Source of the DNA: Octopus vulgaris
Taxonomy: Eukaryota
Length of the DNA stretch: 64,000 bases
Assembly: GCA_951406725.2 (NCBI GenBank)
Contig: OX597828.1
Span: forward strand, 62,992,001 to 63,056,000
Direction: 5' to 3'
The position numbers and the translations under genes were made by a program. This document shows, one piece after another, positions 41,211-55,950 of this stretch; position 1 is the first letter of the stretch, and each line of letters opens with the position of its first letter. The notes beneath the pieces are model-generated. The model saw only the letters and a list, made by a program, of their open reading frames with translations. It did no database searches and was not told where the DNA came from.

Positions 41211-44200
41211 ATAAAAGATCATAGATTTTTCCAGTCCGGAATCCGTGGAAACCAATGATTGAGCTGTGTCGTTAGCAACAATTAACAATAGAAGAGATCG
41301 ATACAAGCGTTCAGCAAGTTCGATTGTCGTAAGAAATAATATAACGTTTCGAGCCGTTTTGTCCTTAGACTGAGGGAGAGAGAGAGGACACCACTTTTCC
41401 CCCCATCACTGTCAGACAAAAGAAAATCCGAGTCGTTAGAAACTTCTCGCAACAACTGACGGAGCGTTGACATATTGCATTCTGAGTTCGAATTCTGTTG
41501 AAATCAATTTTACCTTTCACCCTTCTAAGGTCGATAAAGAATGTCTCAGTTTAGCACGGACTGGCAGAATCGTTGGGGCGTCAGACAGGATGCCCCACGA
41601 TGTTTACTCTTGGGTGGTAGTAAACTTAATTCGTCGCCCGTCAGCTGCTCCTTTGGGTGCCTTTCATGGAGGAGTCGACTCTGTTGAAAACATTCGGGAC
41701 AAGAAAGGTTTCCGGTTTCAGAATTCCCCTACTTTTTAGGACAGTATTATCAATTGACTGATATCTGTACATGGTTGGTGTTTACTTGACTCTTATTTTT
41801 ATCAAACCCCGTAGGAACAGAAAATAAATTCATCTTTGATGAGATTTGAACTTCATATGTAGAGACAAACCAAATTCCACAATCCAGTCTAAGTGACACT
41901 TTACGACAAATTAATTCTACTATCCACCAGACACAGTCAATTATATCTACATTAGTATACTACTGGTATTTATTTTGTCGACCCCAGATGATCCTACTAC
42001 TAATTGAACGTAAATACCGCAAACCACTGTTCCATCCATTGGCTCCCATTCCAGGTTAAGATGCCAAGCTTTCACACTTCGAGAGGCAACATCGCCTCAT
42101 TGTCATCTAACACCGGAGCTAACATTTACACCAACAAAAAGCAGTGCAGACGAACAGGAAGTACTGCACTCCGTCCTTACCGTGGCCACCACCAGAATTT
42201 ACTGTGTTTGACGAACCAACGAGAGAGTCTCTATGTAGTTGTTCGAACGGCTAGACATAGCAGCCAAATCTTCCCCAAACCGCACCCACCGTCTTAAACA
42301 ATAGATTAGGTAATATCTGGTCATAGAGATATTCCTATAAAGAAATGCTTTAGATCGTCGGTTTGCTCAATCATTCGTGATAGAGTGGACATCTACAGGA
42401 GTAGAGAAATTGGCCGGACACTGGAGAAAGTACAAGTCCAGATTGTCACACTTCATTCCCGACGATTCATCATTGCAGTTGGAGTGTGCAGAATAATCTT
42501 CATCTAGACGGATATAAAGAAGGGGCAAAATGGGTCTAATTTGATCATTTTTTTTTAAATGTCTAAACTGGGACAAAATGAGTAATGATTAATTTCTGCT
42601 GCTTCTCTTAAACTGCATGCTGTGTAAATGTATCAGAGAACCACTCCAGCAGATCGTGAAGAATCTATAGAAAATATTTGAAGTTGAGTCTTTAGATTAA
42701 GTCAGTTTCCTTAATTTCATATCGTGTGCCATTTTGCCTCGGTACTCTAAGATATTTAAATTCATCTATTTTCTTTTTTTTCTTTCTGCATTTCTGATGT
42801 CTAAGGATGAATATTGATGGGCATGAGTCCCCCCCCCCCCAATGTAATTCCGGAGAACTGAAGAAACAAATATACTTTATCTTGTCTTACTCATTTTGCC
42901 CCACTTGAGTTTGTCATATGCTCAAAGGGAACAGAAATATGCGATAGTGTTTTGAATGCATTCAGAGGTCATTTGCTTAGCTGATATAGTTTTTGTAAGG
43001 GAGTGAATGCTTGTAAAAAGATTTTTTTTCTCAGTCAAAAATGCAGTAAATATGTGTCCAAGAGAGCCTGTGCTTTACACCTAATCCTTCAGGCAAATAA
43101 CTGTGTCGATTCAATCAAAGCTAACTTCGTAGTGCAAAGAAAGACTTGACATTATCAAAAAATTATGATGCGTCTTCCCATATGTAGAGAACCGAGAGTC
43201 TTGCCCAGAGAGAGATAAATCAGAACCGAAAATAGGCGGGGAAGGCCATGTGATCGCTCGAGTTACTAGAAATAACAGCTAAATCATCTCTTAAACCTCG
43301 CATTGCCGTCTTTAAAATAAGCACCGATTCGCTCATATAACCCTAGACGTGTTTTATCTGAATAAGACATAATCGTTACAGTTGTATAGAAGCTGATCTA
43401 CAGCTAAACATCATAAAAAGATATTAAATGTAGGGACACAACAGAATAAATTCTGTGCCGGTGATGACGTAGGGTTCTGAAACTTTCCACTGACATTTGA
43501 ACTTCTTTGTATGAAGTTTTTGAAACTAATTACGCTGAGCCATTTCAACTTGCCACGAGTCTAACCTGAAATAATCCACGATGAAAAAGTATTCCAGTCA
43601 TGCCCATCTTGTCTTTTTCTTTTTTTCTTTTTAGTAGACAATGTATCATCGTCCAATATGTTTGTCTTTCAGTTTTTTTTTAAAGACGGTAGAGTCTGGC
43701 TTGAAGGAATTTTAACTACTATTTCTAGCATGTCGAGTGGCCACGTAGAGGGCTCCCTCTAACAATTTTAATTTTCGCTTGATATTTAACAATTTCGCTT
43801 ATTTTACTCTTTTCATTTGCTTTACGTTCACCGACAATAGCCACATAATCTTTACAGTCGCTTGGCCTGTTAAAAATAACAACCAAATCTCCCTCAGCAA
43901 ATATGAAACATCAAATCACTTATACCACCGCCCCAACCTTATTTTTTCTGACTTTAATTTCCTATTTATGTTTGATCATTTCCTAAGACGATCCACCCCC
44001 GATAGAAGGCAACGCTTGAGTACCATAAAAGGGAAAGACCAAGAATTTGGCGAAGTTTTAGCTACGACTGTGCGACTAACAAAAACAAAGCCAGACCTGG
44101 TAATTTCCTGTTGAGCAGACTTTACATAAACCTCTTGAATATTTGCCCTTTAATAGGATAAATATCTACTACAGTTTTCTCTTGCTGTAGCATTGTTTGA

Positions 44201-47200
44201 CAATAAATTCAACTTTATTAAATAGGGAGGCTTAGAACTCTGAACTCGAGTGAATGCGTGAAGATATTACAAGAGTCATGCTGAAGAGAAAGTGTAAAAA
44301 GCGGAATGTTTTGGGTGGAAAACGAAGCGATAAACATGTTTCGGTCAGGTCCTTTAAGAAGATTAACAAAATTTTGTTTGGCTGATATAGCCCAAAAATT
44401 CATATTAAAACAGGGAAATCTACTCCAAAAATGCAAGCTATATAGCATTCACCAAACTTTTCGTTGAAATAAAAAATATTGTTGAGGTATTAGAGGTATT
44501 TAAACAGTAGAACACATTGACTGCGAAAACTACAGTCGCTAAACTCTGCATGATATCACGTTGGAGATGACTTAGGAGTAAAAAGTGTTCCAACCACGAT
44601 CATTCTGCATTTATCTAAGTCAACATCCTCCAAAATATCTTTTCTTTTTTAAGACGGTAGGGTGCGACATTGGGGCAGTTTCGACAGCTATCTCGATCTA
44701 TCGTGTTGGCTCCGTCTGGGTCAAATTGGTTTGTAAGTTGAGAGAAAGAGAATTATTAATAAATAAATTTAAGAAATGTTCCTTTATTGAATTAATTTTA
44801 CGTGTTGTAATATATAAATATTTCGATACAATATATCCATAGAAGTGTTTACAAAAGCATGTCCTTAACATTATGGCTAAACAAACAACTATACATTGTG
44901 GATGTCTTTGAACTTCGTCGGACATGCTAGCAATATCACCGACTTCTTCAATTCACATCCTGCAGCCCTCCCCATATACACACACAAAAAAAAGATACTT
45001 TGTCAATAAAATACAAGATGTGCTGCAGCTGACTAGCCGGAACACCTTTAAACATCATAATCCAGCTTAATCAGAGTTGACCTGCGCCTTAATGCAAATT
45101 TTTGACGTTGTCATCTTTCGATAACACATTTTCTTTCCTTTATACTTTCCTCCATGGGAAAAAAAATCTATAAAAGATCAACGAGTGCAATCAATGAACA
45201 AAAAGCTTTGATCACTAACCATAACCTGATGAGAGTTCAATAGATGTATTGACGCGTGGGAGGAGATTATCGACTCCAGTTCTTAACTGGTACTTTATTG
45301 ATCTCGAAAAGATGAACAGCTAAAATTGACTTCAACTCAGAATTAAAGCACCAGAAGAAATAGAGCATTTTTATAGAAGTTTAGAAAGAGTGGATTAATA
45401 GAATGGTTTCTAATTTTGGAACAAGGCCAGCAATTTTGAAGGAAGAGGTTAGTTGGTACCATCGAACCCCGTACTTGATCAGTAACTTATTTTTACCAAC
45501 CCCGGAGGGATGAAATATAAAGTTCACCTTAGTTGGATATGAACCCAGAATGTAAAGAACCAGAAGAAATACAACAGGGCATTTTTGCGATATTTTAACG
45601 ATTCCAGCAGCTCGCCGCCTTGAGGATTTATATTGGACCTCGACACAGAATCAGCCATGTTTCTGCTTACAAAATGTAATGGAGAAAAGCACGCATTGCA
45701 TAAGCAGTTGTTTTTTCAGTAAAGAGGGATTGGTCACAGCTGGAACGCCTTCGATCATAGGCTTACTCGATCAGGACTGGCCTGGAGAGAAAGAAGAAAT
45801 AACAACTAGCCGCCAACCTAAGAAAACCAGAAAAAGGCTATGGGCCGTGTCCTCGCAAACAAAAACTAAAAGATAATTAAAGGAAAACTAAGTAAAATAA
45901 AGCAAAAAATATTTTTAATTCCGAGAGAGAAATATGAAAATTAGAAGTAATTATTGCAAACTGGGGCATTAGGATAATAAGAGAAAAATGAAGAACAGAA
46001 TTGGAGGAGGGGGTGAAGATACAGCAGTAATTAACTAATTACAGTAGTGGTAGTGGTGGTGGTATGTACGACAGACCGCTGATGAGCCAAAGAAAAAATA
46101 ATTTACATTTCGTTTCTAAACTCTCGCCTTTCATGAGCAGGAAAAGGGAGCAAGGATCGATAAAAATGTACCAGCAATATACCACCAGCCATTTCAATTG
46201 TCTTGGTCCCATTTACCCAACCCCTAATCAATGAGGCTTTGTCTATTATAAATATTAACCCCTTTATGTTCTGAGTTCAAATTCAACTTGACTCTTTGAT
46301 CCTCCTAAGATCGATTAAATAAAACACCAATAAAGTTCTGGAGTCGAATATGATCGATTCTGTGCCTTTGTTAGGAGTAAAATGTGAACAGGGAGAACGG
46401 TTAATGTTGAACAAAATATCTCCCGGTATTTTTTCGACTCCTTATATACCGAGTTCAAATTTCGCCTCTGATTCTTCTGAGGTCGGTAAAAGTGTGGTCG
46501 GCGTGAAAGCACTTGGCTCCTGATGGAGCTGTAAGGGTTCCGCCTCTGCAAACCTCAACTGATCCACATGAAGGTACTGTTCACATACCTAGGGTGGTAG
46601 CTTCACACATGCACGCACACACATATCCAAAAGAAGGCCATGTGACTGAATATCTGACACTCAACACACTACAATCATTAGAAAGTTTCTCAAAGGTGCC
46701 ATCGGCTGGAAATAATTTAAATAGCAACTGAAATTATAAAACGTAGATAGAATAAACGTTAGCGTTAAGGAATATTAATACTGAAAGGGAAAAGGGAGAG
46801 AATTCCAGAGCATGATCTTTGGTCGTTATGGAAATAACTTCGGACATGTTTTGGTATCATCCGACCGCCCCAGTGCATTAGAACGAGTAACAGATAAAAA
46901 TTTTATGTGAAAATAATTCACTGATTATGCAAATTAAAATAATGATACTGGAAAATTTTCCAAACGTGCCTTCTGCATTAAGAATGTATAGATCGTTATA
47001 AAGTGAATCGAAAATATTAACTCACAAATGTACTGTTTCTTATCCTTGTGCCTTCTACCACCACTACTATTGATACAACAGTTTTTGTTCTATAACGGCA
47101 AAGAGCATACCGCGTCCTCACAGAGGGACCTTCTACACAGTCACTCAATTGTATAGAAAGAGTAGACAAATTCCGTTCAGATCACATCGTACTATCTTGA

Positions 47201-50085
47201 AAAATAAAGAAATAGTAGATAATGAAATCATAGATATGGTGACCATAGAGTTTAGGTCATCACCTTGCACTTTTGTTCTAATTCTTAATTGGTAAAAGTG
47301 AAAGTGATGTCCTTAGTTGAAGGACTGTCCTTCGATGCTCCTAAAATAACAAAATTATCACATGACGGCTGGTGCGTCTTTGATCCTGCTGGATCAGGAA
47401 CGATCTGTGGCTCACAACTACCTTTTATCTCTCATGCACACCACTGCATCCCTATTGTGTCTCTTCCCACAAAAATGGAGGACATATCGGATAGATAATA
47501 TATGTTAGTCCTAGACAATGAGTTTAGAGAGTAACCAAAAAATGATGGGTTGTTCACAGCTGGAATGCCTTTCATTGTATAACATCTACTCATCAAGGTC
47601 CACTTGTGACTCAACAACAAACTAAACATTCTTTCCACCTCCGATAATGCACCCTCCCCCCGAAATTCTTATGCTTATAATTCCTGCGGACGTAAACTCA
47701 AAGTAAAAGGTTAAGCAGAACACTAACCACAATGGAGAGAAAGAAGCTACAGATATCAATGTTGCTCCCCCCTCTTCCTCTCAAATAATAAATCATTATA
47801 ATTTTTGTGGAATATGTCTGAAACATAACTTCCGGTTTGGTTCGCAACTCCTCCCTTTCTCGCCCTCTATGCATACATATATGCACAGACATATTTCTAA
47901 ATGCTATCGTTAAAAACATTAGGACAAAAATATGAATATACTGTACGCATTCGTCCGTCCGTCTCCCTCCCCTCTCTCGATGTATGTATGTTCTCTTCTG
48001 TTTTTGCTTATTTAAATTCTTCCTCTGAAGAAAGAGCTGGTTTCTTACAAAGATACAAACCTCCATCGTTGGAATGGAGATAAACAACAATGACACAATT
48101 CAAAACTTTAGGAAAGTCTTGCATATTTTTACTATTCCACTTACAGATTTTATTTGTAATCTACGAGTCAGTTAGTTGATTTCTTTTTCTGAAAACCCTA
48201 GCTTATCTACATTGTCATTTAGGGATTTACTTGCTAAACCAAGTGCACCAATTATAATTGGTATAAATGTGTATTTATATTGTGGCTACAGAAGCTGGAG
48301 GTTTCGAAGCAGCTGTCCATAGATGTCCTCTGTTTCTGATTTTCAGAGAAAGAGATGTATGCATGCATGATTTTATGTATAATGATATGCATATACATAT
48401 ATATGACACATTTGTCAATCTTTATATACACAAACACATTACTCAATAGGACCGTTAAAGATATTTAGATAACTTATTAAAATACAACTAGTGAAAATAT
48501 AAAATCTCTTATAGGAGGGACAGAACAAACAGAAAGAGTGGAAATTCTTTTTTTTTTTTTTTTTAATGTTGTAATAAGTTACTACTTGTAAAATACCCAA
48601 AACCTACCTACCTATCTATCTATCACTGCTTTACCTCGCGCTCTCATTCAATATACAAGTAAGCAAGAGAAAACACAAGCACGGTCTATCTCTCTCCTCC
48701 AATCATTTCAGAAAAATAGTTGAATGATTATTTTCTTATATATATATATTTTATATTTTTCAACCACGAACTAAATTCAATCTTTAGAGAAGTCAGAAGA
48801 TGGATATGTGTTCTATGAAAGTAGATGATGTTTAAAATATGCATTTTGATCTATTGTTTCTTCTATTTCAATATTTTACGTTCTTAAACTTAATTCTTTG
48901 TTGTATATATACCTTTATTTCAACGAAGCAAAGGACTAACTAAAATAGTTAGGGTGCAAAACAAAACCGAAACTAAAATACAAAAAAAAATGGAGGGAGA
49001 GAGAAGGATAGAAGTGGGGAGGAAAGAGGTCCACATATCAATGGTGCTGCCCCACCACTTTAAAAAAAGTACCATAAGAAGAAATATAGTCACGGGTGCA
49101 AAACCAAAACGTAATTAAAATACAGAAGGAAAAAAAACTAAATATGGAAAGGTTTTATAAATATAAATGTATATAATTGACAGATGAAAAGAAATTTAAT
49201 AAATTATGAATTTAATTCAATTAATTTTATTAAATTAATTTCGAGCACAAATTCTCATGCGTTCATAATTATTTAACTATATAATATAGGTCTAATCACA
49301 GCCGATTTCTTCCAAGAGAAATAGACATTAAAAAAAATTATAGAAAGAAAAACTAGAACTGACTCCAGTATATGACTGGTATTTTACTTATTGAATCCGA
49401 AAAGATGAAAAGTGTAGTTGACCTCGGCAGTATTTGAACTTAAAGCGCTGAGATTCGGATTATCTACACATCTTCGTATGAATATACAGAATGTGTCTGC
49501 GTGGGTGTTTGAGACTTTCAACGTATATATCCGTCGATAGAAGTAAGCAGCAGGATTTAGTAGAACGATAGAAATCAATGACAAAAAGAGCGGAAAAAAT
49601 AACTGATATTGTAACTAAGATCATTTAGTACACCAACGTGCTTCCATAGAAACACATTTACAAACGCTAGAAAATGATGAGGAAGATATAAAACGAAACG
49701 AAACGAAACAGTAGTCTCTAACCATTTATAAAAAGTAACTCGTATACATTCAAATGTAATTGTATATACATTATATATATATATACAGAGAAAGAGAGAG
49801 AGAGAGAGAGAGTGTGTGTGTGTGTGTGTGTGTGTATATACATATACACACACACATACACATATATACTACACACACTCTTCTACCAACACTAAACGAC
49901 TCTAATAAATTCACACTTTACCAACAAATACAATTTTGGCTGCCATAAAAACTACTCTTCTTAGATTCTGCTTCTATATAAATACGTGCGCACACACACA
50001 TGTAGGTGAAATAATCAGAGAGGCTTTGTCCCACGCAGTAACTGCAGGAAGCTACTCAGAGGGCAAGATCTAAATCCATTATATG

Positions 50086-50147
<62 letters not shown>

Positions 50148-50345
50148 CACATATACACACACACACACACACACATACACATATACATATATACACACAC
50201 ACACACACATACATATACTTATATTAGAAAGCATTCTAGTCATAATTATCCTTATTTTATTTAAGATCAGTTTAACTGCAATACATTTCCTTATTGTAAG
50301 ACAAAGGGATGTGATTTAAGGGAGAAATGGTTTTTATTTCTATAT

Positions 50346-50572
50346 TTCTTTACTACCCACAAGGGGCTAAACATAGAGGGACAAACAAGGACAAACAAAC
50401 GGATTAAGTCGATTCCATCGACCCCAGTGCGAAACTGGTACTTAATTTATCGACCCCGAAAGGATGAAAGGCAAAGTCGACCTCGGCGGAATTTGAACTC
50501 AGAACGTAACGGCAGACAAAATACGGCTACGCATTTCGCCCGGCATGCTACCGTTTCTGCCAGCTCGCCGCC
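50346..50572 (-). mobile_element. tRNA-derived SINE family A (Meta-domain-like core), near-intact copy
   Basis: Minus strand GGCGGCGAGCTGGCAGAA...GAGTTCAAATTCC...GCCTTTCATCCTTTCGGGGTCGATAAATTAAGTACCAG. Homologous copies at ~9345-9555, 22253-22478, 45420-45620, 61561-61776 (-) and 18927-19090, 39670-39850 (+). Confidence 0.85.
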
Positions 50573-50761
50573 TTAGATGGTTTTTATTTCTAGCCGACCG
50601 AACAACCACGTGGAAGCTAACGAGACAGAAGTTCCGGAGAAGGTGTGAGAATTTTTCACGTTTAGAAACTTTCTCAAGAACATCAAACCATGTTAACGAA
50701 GTGGAAGAGAATGGTTGTTTATAAACGAACATTGGAAAATCTTTACGGCGCACAACAAACT

Positions 50762-51439
50762 GGTACTACTTGAGAACAGTGGTCCCGGTGCGCGCACTCG
50801 CGCAAGCTAGTCATGACTAGTCGATCCTTACTTTGTGTTTTTGTGTGTTATTTACTTTGTTTAAAAAATTATTTACTTTGTGTTTTTGTTTTATTTACTT
50901 TGTTTAACAAAAATTATTTACTTTGTGTAAAAAACTATGGATCTTTTCGGTTTGATCGGCAGTTTTTTTAAATAATTTCCACGTAACTCAACACTTTTAA
51001 ACTTCGTATACTGGTAGAATGTGTTTATAAAACATCTTTTTCTCTTGGCTTTATTGAGAAAATTCTATAATTTGTAAGATATTTGTTGTTTTTTTTCTGC
51101 AATTTCAACCAATCAATGATGTCTATTGAGGTAAAAAAAAACATTCTGTGCCGTATATGTCCCTCGTTTAAGAAACAGATTGGGTTTATTTACATTTGTG
51201 AAGAAAAAAAAAGATACCCTTCCCCCCACCCCTAACCCTAAAATAGATTGAAATGCAATAGATCGATACTAGGGTCATAATTATGGGCGACAATTTCATG
51301 ACACCGCTAGAAAAAAACTGCCGTTCAAACCGAAAAGATCCAAAACTATTTTGTTTTATTTACTTTGCTAGGTAGTCGTTGTAGGATCGACTGGCTAGCG
51401 CGAGTGCGCGCACCGAGACCACTCTTCTTAGGTAGTGCC
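50762..51439. mobile_element. Outer MITE with ~60-bp GC-rich imperfect TIRs hosting the 50939-51341 element
   Basis: Left ggtactacttgagaacagtggtcccggtgcgcgcactcgcgc...gtcgatcc matches the reverse complement of right ggatcgac...gcgcgagtgcgcgcaccgagaccactcttcttaggtagtgcc. Confidence 0.8.
50939..51341. mobile_element. 403-bp MITE with ~30-bp TIRs and 8-bp TSD (Merlin- or hAT-like)
   Basis: GGATCTTTTCGGTTTGATCGGCAGTTTTTTT ... AAAAAAACTGCCGTTCAAACCGAAAAGATCC, flanked by AAAACTAT at 50931-50938 and 51342-51349. Internal CCCTAACCCTAA. Confidence 0.9.
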
Positions 51440-51989
51440 CTCACATGTTCAAAATACACTGATATCCATAGATACACACAAAACACGCAAACATACAGAT
51501 ATCCCACAGCAAACTGCAAAGCACACGTAGGTAAACACACCATTGCTTGTATCAACATATTTAAACATGAATACATATGGTCTCTCTCTCACACATTCTC
51601 TGTCGCACTCTCTCACACACCCCACGACTACATATTGTTCTACTCTGTTTCTCACACGTCAAACACATTCACCATAACCAGTCTCTCTCGCTTTCACATC
51701 TCTTTTTTTTTTTTTTACACATTCATCACAACTTGCCTCTCTCTCTCTCTCTCACACACACACAACACCGCCACCATTGTTTAAAGTACACTTTTCTAGT
51801 TTATTGGAGCAAATTCTCTTACAGCTGCCTCGTCAAGTCATCAACCTTTACTGTTTCCTAGCATGATAATATTTTCCCATGGCCAGACATGTTTTTGCAG
51901 AATATTGGAAACATTGACAGACACGCATTTATGACAAGCACAAGATGTCGAGAGAATGAGACAAACAATTACACTCCCACTCACTTTAC

Positions 51990-52740
51990 ATTTAGGGTGT
52001 TCAAACTAAATTTCATGATTTTTTGGTTTCCTTTTCTCAAGAACAGTTTGATGTATAGGTGAGAAGCCAACGAACATTGCAGAGCATAAAGATTAAAGTT
52101 GTAACTGAGAAAAAGTTAGCTGGTGTAGAAGACTTGGAAGCCATCAGAATATTAGAAGAGAGTGATCACTGGGTATCAAAATGCCGACATGTTCAATGCT
52201 CTGTGGACACTGTAAGATGCAGCACGGGACAGCTGCAATGGAGGCTACAAAACCATGGCTAGCAGCAAGAGATACAACAGGTGTTCTGACTGCATTCTGA
52301 TTGCCTGAATTATTCATCCAACAACTGACGAACTGGGCCTTAAGCTATGTAAAGCTGCTAGAGGGAGTGATCAAACCCTAGCTAGAGAGGGTTGATGCTG
52401 GAAGGCCACATTCGTAGCTTCTGGATTCAGCTCCTTGTCATACCTCCAGAAAGAGTCAGGAGTGATTGTCGGAGAATTTCTCCCACTTCACCAGCCCCAA
52501 TTTCTGGTCTTCTAATTCTTCTGATTGTAATCTTATGGATTACTATGTGTGGGGTGCAGTTGAGAAAGACACCAAACCTTCTGCTTGTGACACCAAGGAG
52601 ATGTTTGAAGATCTTCCAAGAAACACAGTGACGAAAACACGTGCCAGGCTCCAGAGCCTGGGTGGAAGCTAAAGGCAGTCACTTTGAATAAACTGCTATC
52701 TCCCAACTTTAATCTACTTGAGATTTTTCAGGATTTTTTA
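51990..52740 (+). mobile_element. Degenerate Tc1/mariner-superfamily transposase remnant
   Basis: ORF 52466..52672 FWSSNSSDCNLMDYYVWGAVEK corresponds to the WPxxSPDLNPxDYxxW motif. Boundaries approximate. Confidence 0.75.
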
Positions 52741-53754
52741 ATACTGAGCATAGGTGACAGAAAGAGCATCCAGCTGTAGAAGAATCTGCCTAAATAAACA
52801 CTGTCCAACCCAAACAACTATAGGAAAATGCTCCTTAAGATGATGACATGTCTTTTTGCTTGTTTAGAAGGCAATAAATTGTGGTATGTTGGTGATTTAA
52901 CTTCTACTTCTAGCAAGTCAAACCACGTGTTTATGTTCAATATGAGATGATGTAATGTACAGCCAAAAAGGTGGGAGGTGGGGAGAGATATGACATAGAG
53001 GCCATCTGGTGGAAAATGGTGTTAGCGTTTAGCCACAGGTCAGACCTGTCATGACCTTCACAATTTTTCTGCTTTTTTTTTTCAACAGTATATCTGCATT
53101 TACACAATCTGATGTGTCCATCCTAATGTAAACAGAGGCAGATATGACTGCCATTTCTAGCAAGCTGGGTGGTGGCAACAGAGGCTCTTTAGTTGGTTTG
53201 TATTGCTGTTGTTTTTCTTTAGCCCCGGGTCAGTGACGACTCAACAGCCAATTCTGGTAAAAAGCATTACAATCCCATTCTTGGTGGGGGGAGGGGGAGG
53301 CACGGTCTATTTAGCAAGCTATTATGTTATGTGTCCTTCTTTTATTAAGACAGCAGGATGTGGTTTGAGTTAAATTTGGTTACTCTTTCTTTGGTCTGGT
53401 AAAAAAAATCTCTCATTGGTTCATTGGCAACAGTGATGGCCATGTTGTAAGAGTGTTTAAGGAAATACGGATATGCAAATGATAAACATATCCTCACACA
53501 CACACACTTACGTTAACATCATCATCACACACCCACACAACTTTTTCCCCCCACACTACACCACTACACACCCACACCATCCTCTCAACTGACAGGTGTT
53601 TCACGTGATATCAGTGAAATAGATAAATGGGTTATTCTCTCAAATACATAAAGCGCACACACACGTATATATATGTATACATACACACACAAATATAATA
53701 TATATCATCATCATTATATATATCTATCAAAATCTATATATATATATATATATA

Positions 53755-54138
53755 CTTACTCTTTTATTTGTTTCAGTCATTTGACTGTGGCCATGCTGGA
53801 GCACCGCCATTAGTCGAGCAAATCAACCCCAGGGCTTATTCTTTATAAGCCCAATACTTATTCTATCAGTCTCTTTTGCCGAACCGCTAAGTTACGGGGA
53901 CGTAAACACACTACCATCGGTTGTCAAGCAATGGTGGGGGGACAAACACAGACACACAAACATATACATATATACGAAGGGCTTCTTTCAGTTTCCGTCT
54001 ACCAAATCCATTTACAAGGTTTTGGTCAGCCCGAGGCTATTGCAGAAGACATTTGCCCAAGGTACTACACAGTGGGACTGAACCCGGAACCATGTGGTTC
54101 GTAAGCAAGCTACTTATCACACAGTCACTCCTGCGCCT
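53755..54138 (-). mobile_element. SINE family B copy
   Basis: Homologous to 57286-57686. Confidence 0.85.
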
Positions 54139-54699
54139 ACATATATATCTTATTTATTTATATATGTATTATATATATATATATATATATTTGTGTGTAA
54201 ATTGTGTATGGGTGTATTATGTGTATGTTATTTATATATATGTATTGTGTGTATATAAAGTAAAGATATTATCTATACATGTATGTATTATATAATATAT
54301 ATTATATTATCATCATTTTAACCTCTTTCCAATTTTTTTACAGAAGATGACATTCGGTAACAATTATAACTATGTCAAGGCCATGGAGATAGTAACACAT
54401 GCATAGTACACAGAAATGCCTGTGCGTATACACATGACACTACCACCCTTGTTCATCTCTACATTAACCTCTACTGCTACTGTCTTGTGCTCACTTTCTT
54501 GTACCTTAGGAGTTTGTTCTAGCACCCCAGCAGTACCTCCATCTTATCTCCTTCAGCCATGTATATCTCTGTCGCAAGACACCTATGCTTGTCTATCATA
54601 CTTTAACCTTTCAAACACTTGGTAAACAGTCACCCACCTCCACCTTCTAATTCTTCCTCTTAGTGGTAGGAACTCCCACCCCTACTTTCCTTTTCCTCT

Positions 54700-55950
54700 G
54701 TTCTTTTATGTTTTGCATGTTTCTTGGCAACTTCATGGCCCTGAAGGACTGTTGTTTTCTGAAGCCTTAACAATATTTCATAATCCAAGGAGCAAGAACA
54801 GCTGAGTGTGTAGCCCTGGCAGACAAACATGTCTATCACTTCCACAAGTGTTCCTTCAACTAAGACAGATGGTTTCACATTTAGACTTCATGGTACAGCT
54901 GAAGCATTACAAGTCTTTTCCAGGCTAATACCAAGTCCAAATGCATTGCAACATGTTGAGATATAATCCATGGGAATTTGCATATCTTCAGCTGTATGAG
55001 CAATTAAGTTGCAATCATCCCCATAAAAAAAGGTCACAAAAAAGAGATTGAAAAACTCTCAAATTGGCAGTAAATCGACACAAGTTGAAGTGACTGCCAG
55101 AAGTATGGTACTTCCCAGAAGAGTAATCCACAGCAAAAGCACAAGTGGGAGTAGAAGCAAAATACAATGAAAAGAGAGTGGCGGCAAGAATATCACCTTG
55201 CTTGACATCATTCTCTACAGGAATAGGTCCCTGCTATGCCACCACCGACACTGACTCATGCCTCTATCCCATCATGAAATGATTTAATTATAGATGCAAA
55301 ATGACTCAGTATTTTCCACAGGGAGGTCCTATTCATAGTATTGAAAGCTTTGGTTAAATCAATGAAAACCTGTACAAGATCCATACTCTGCTCATAGCAC
55401 TTTTCCTGTATCTGTCTTGTGAAGACCATATCCATTGTTCCTCTACCAGAACAGGAGCCACATTGAGATTCAGATACAATGCCATTTCCAAAGTATCTAT
55501 TGAAGCAGGTAAGAGGTTTACTTGCCAGAACCTTTCAACCAATTCAACTGATTATTATCGCTGTTTCTTCAGGCCAAACTAGTGACCAGTGATTTTTGTT
55601 GATTTAGTAAGTAGGGTAGCACCCTCCTTTGCAAAGCAAAGGAGCTGATGCAGAACTCTTAGGCCCATAAGCTTGCTTCATAAGATGGTAGAGCTCCTTG
55701 CTGTCATTTGCATCAGCAGCAGCTTCAATAACATGAACAAAAACTTCCTACCAAAGGTTTTGCATCTACCTGAATGATCACTGCAGTAGGAATTTTGCTA
55801 TTCTTATAATGGTTAAGTGCTAGACTCTGCTGCACAACTGATGGATCTCAGTGTAGTAATACACTGCCAACATTGTGCTTTGCAGACCAGTCTTTCAACC
55901 TTAACATCATTTTCATCAAACCCAGTCCCTATGATTAGCTGTAGCATAGC
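54700..55950 (-). mobile_element. Degenerate RTE (BovB-like) LINE reverse-transcriptase fragments
   Basis: Minus-strand remnants VKQGDILAATLFSLYFA, GDDCNLIAHTAEDMQ and FGLGISLEKT, with multiple disablements. Confidence 0.8.

Noticed and set aside
51230-51242. Telomere (CCCTAA repeats)
   Set aside because: Only two units, internal to a MITE.
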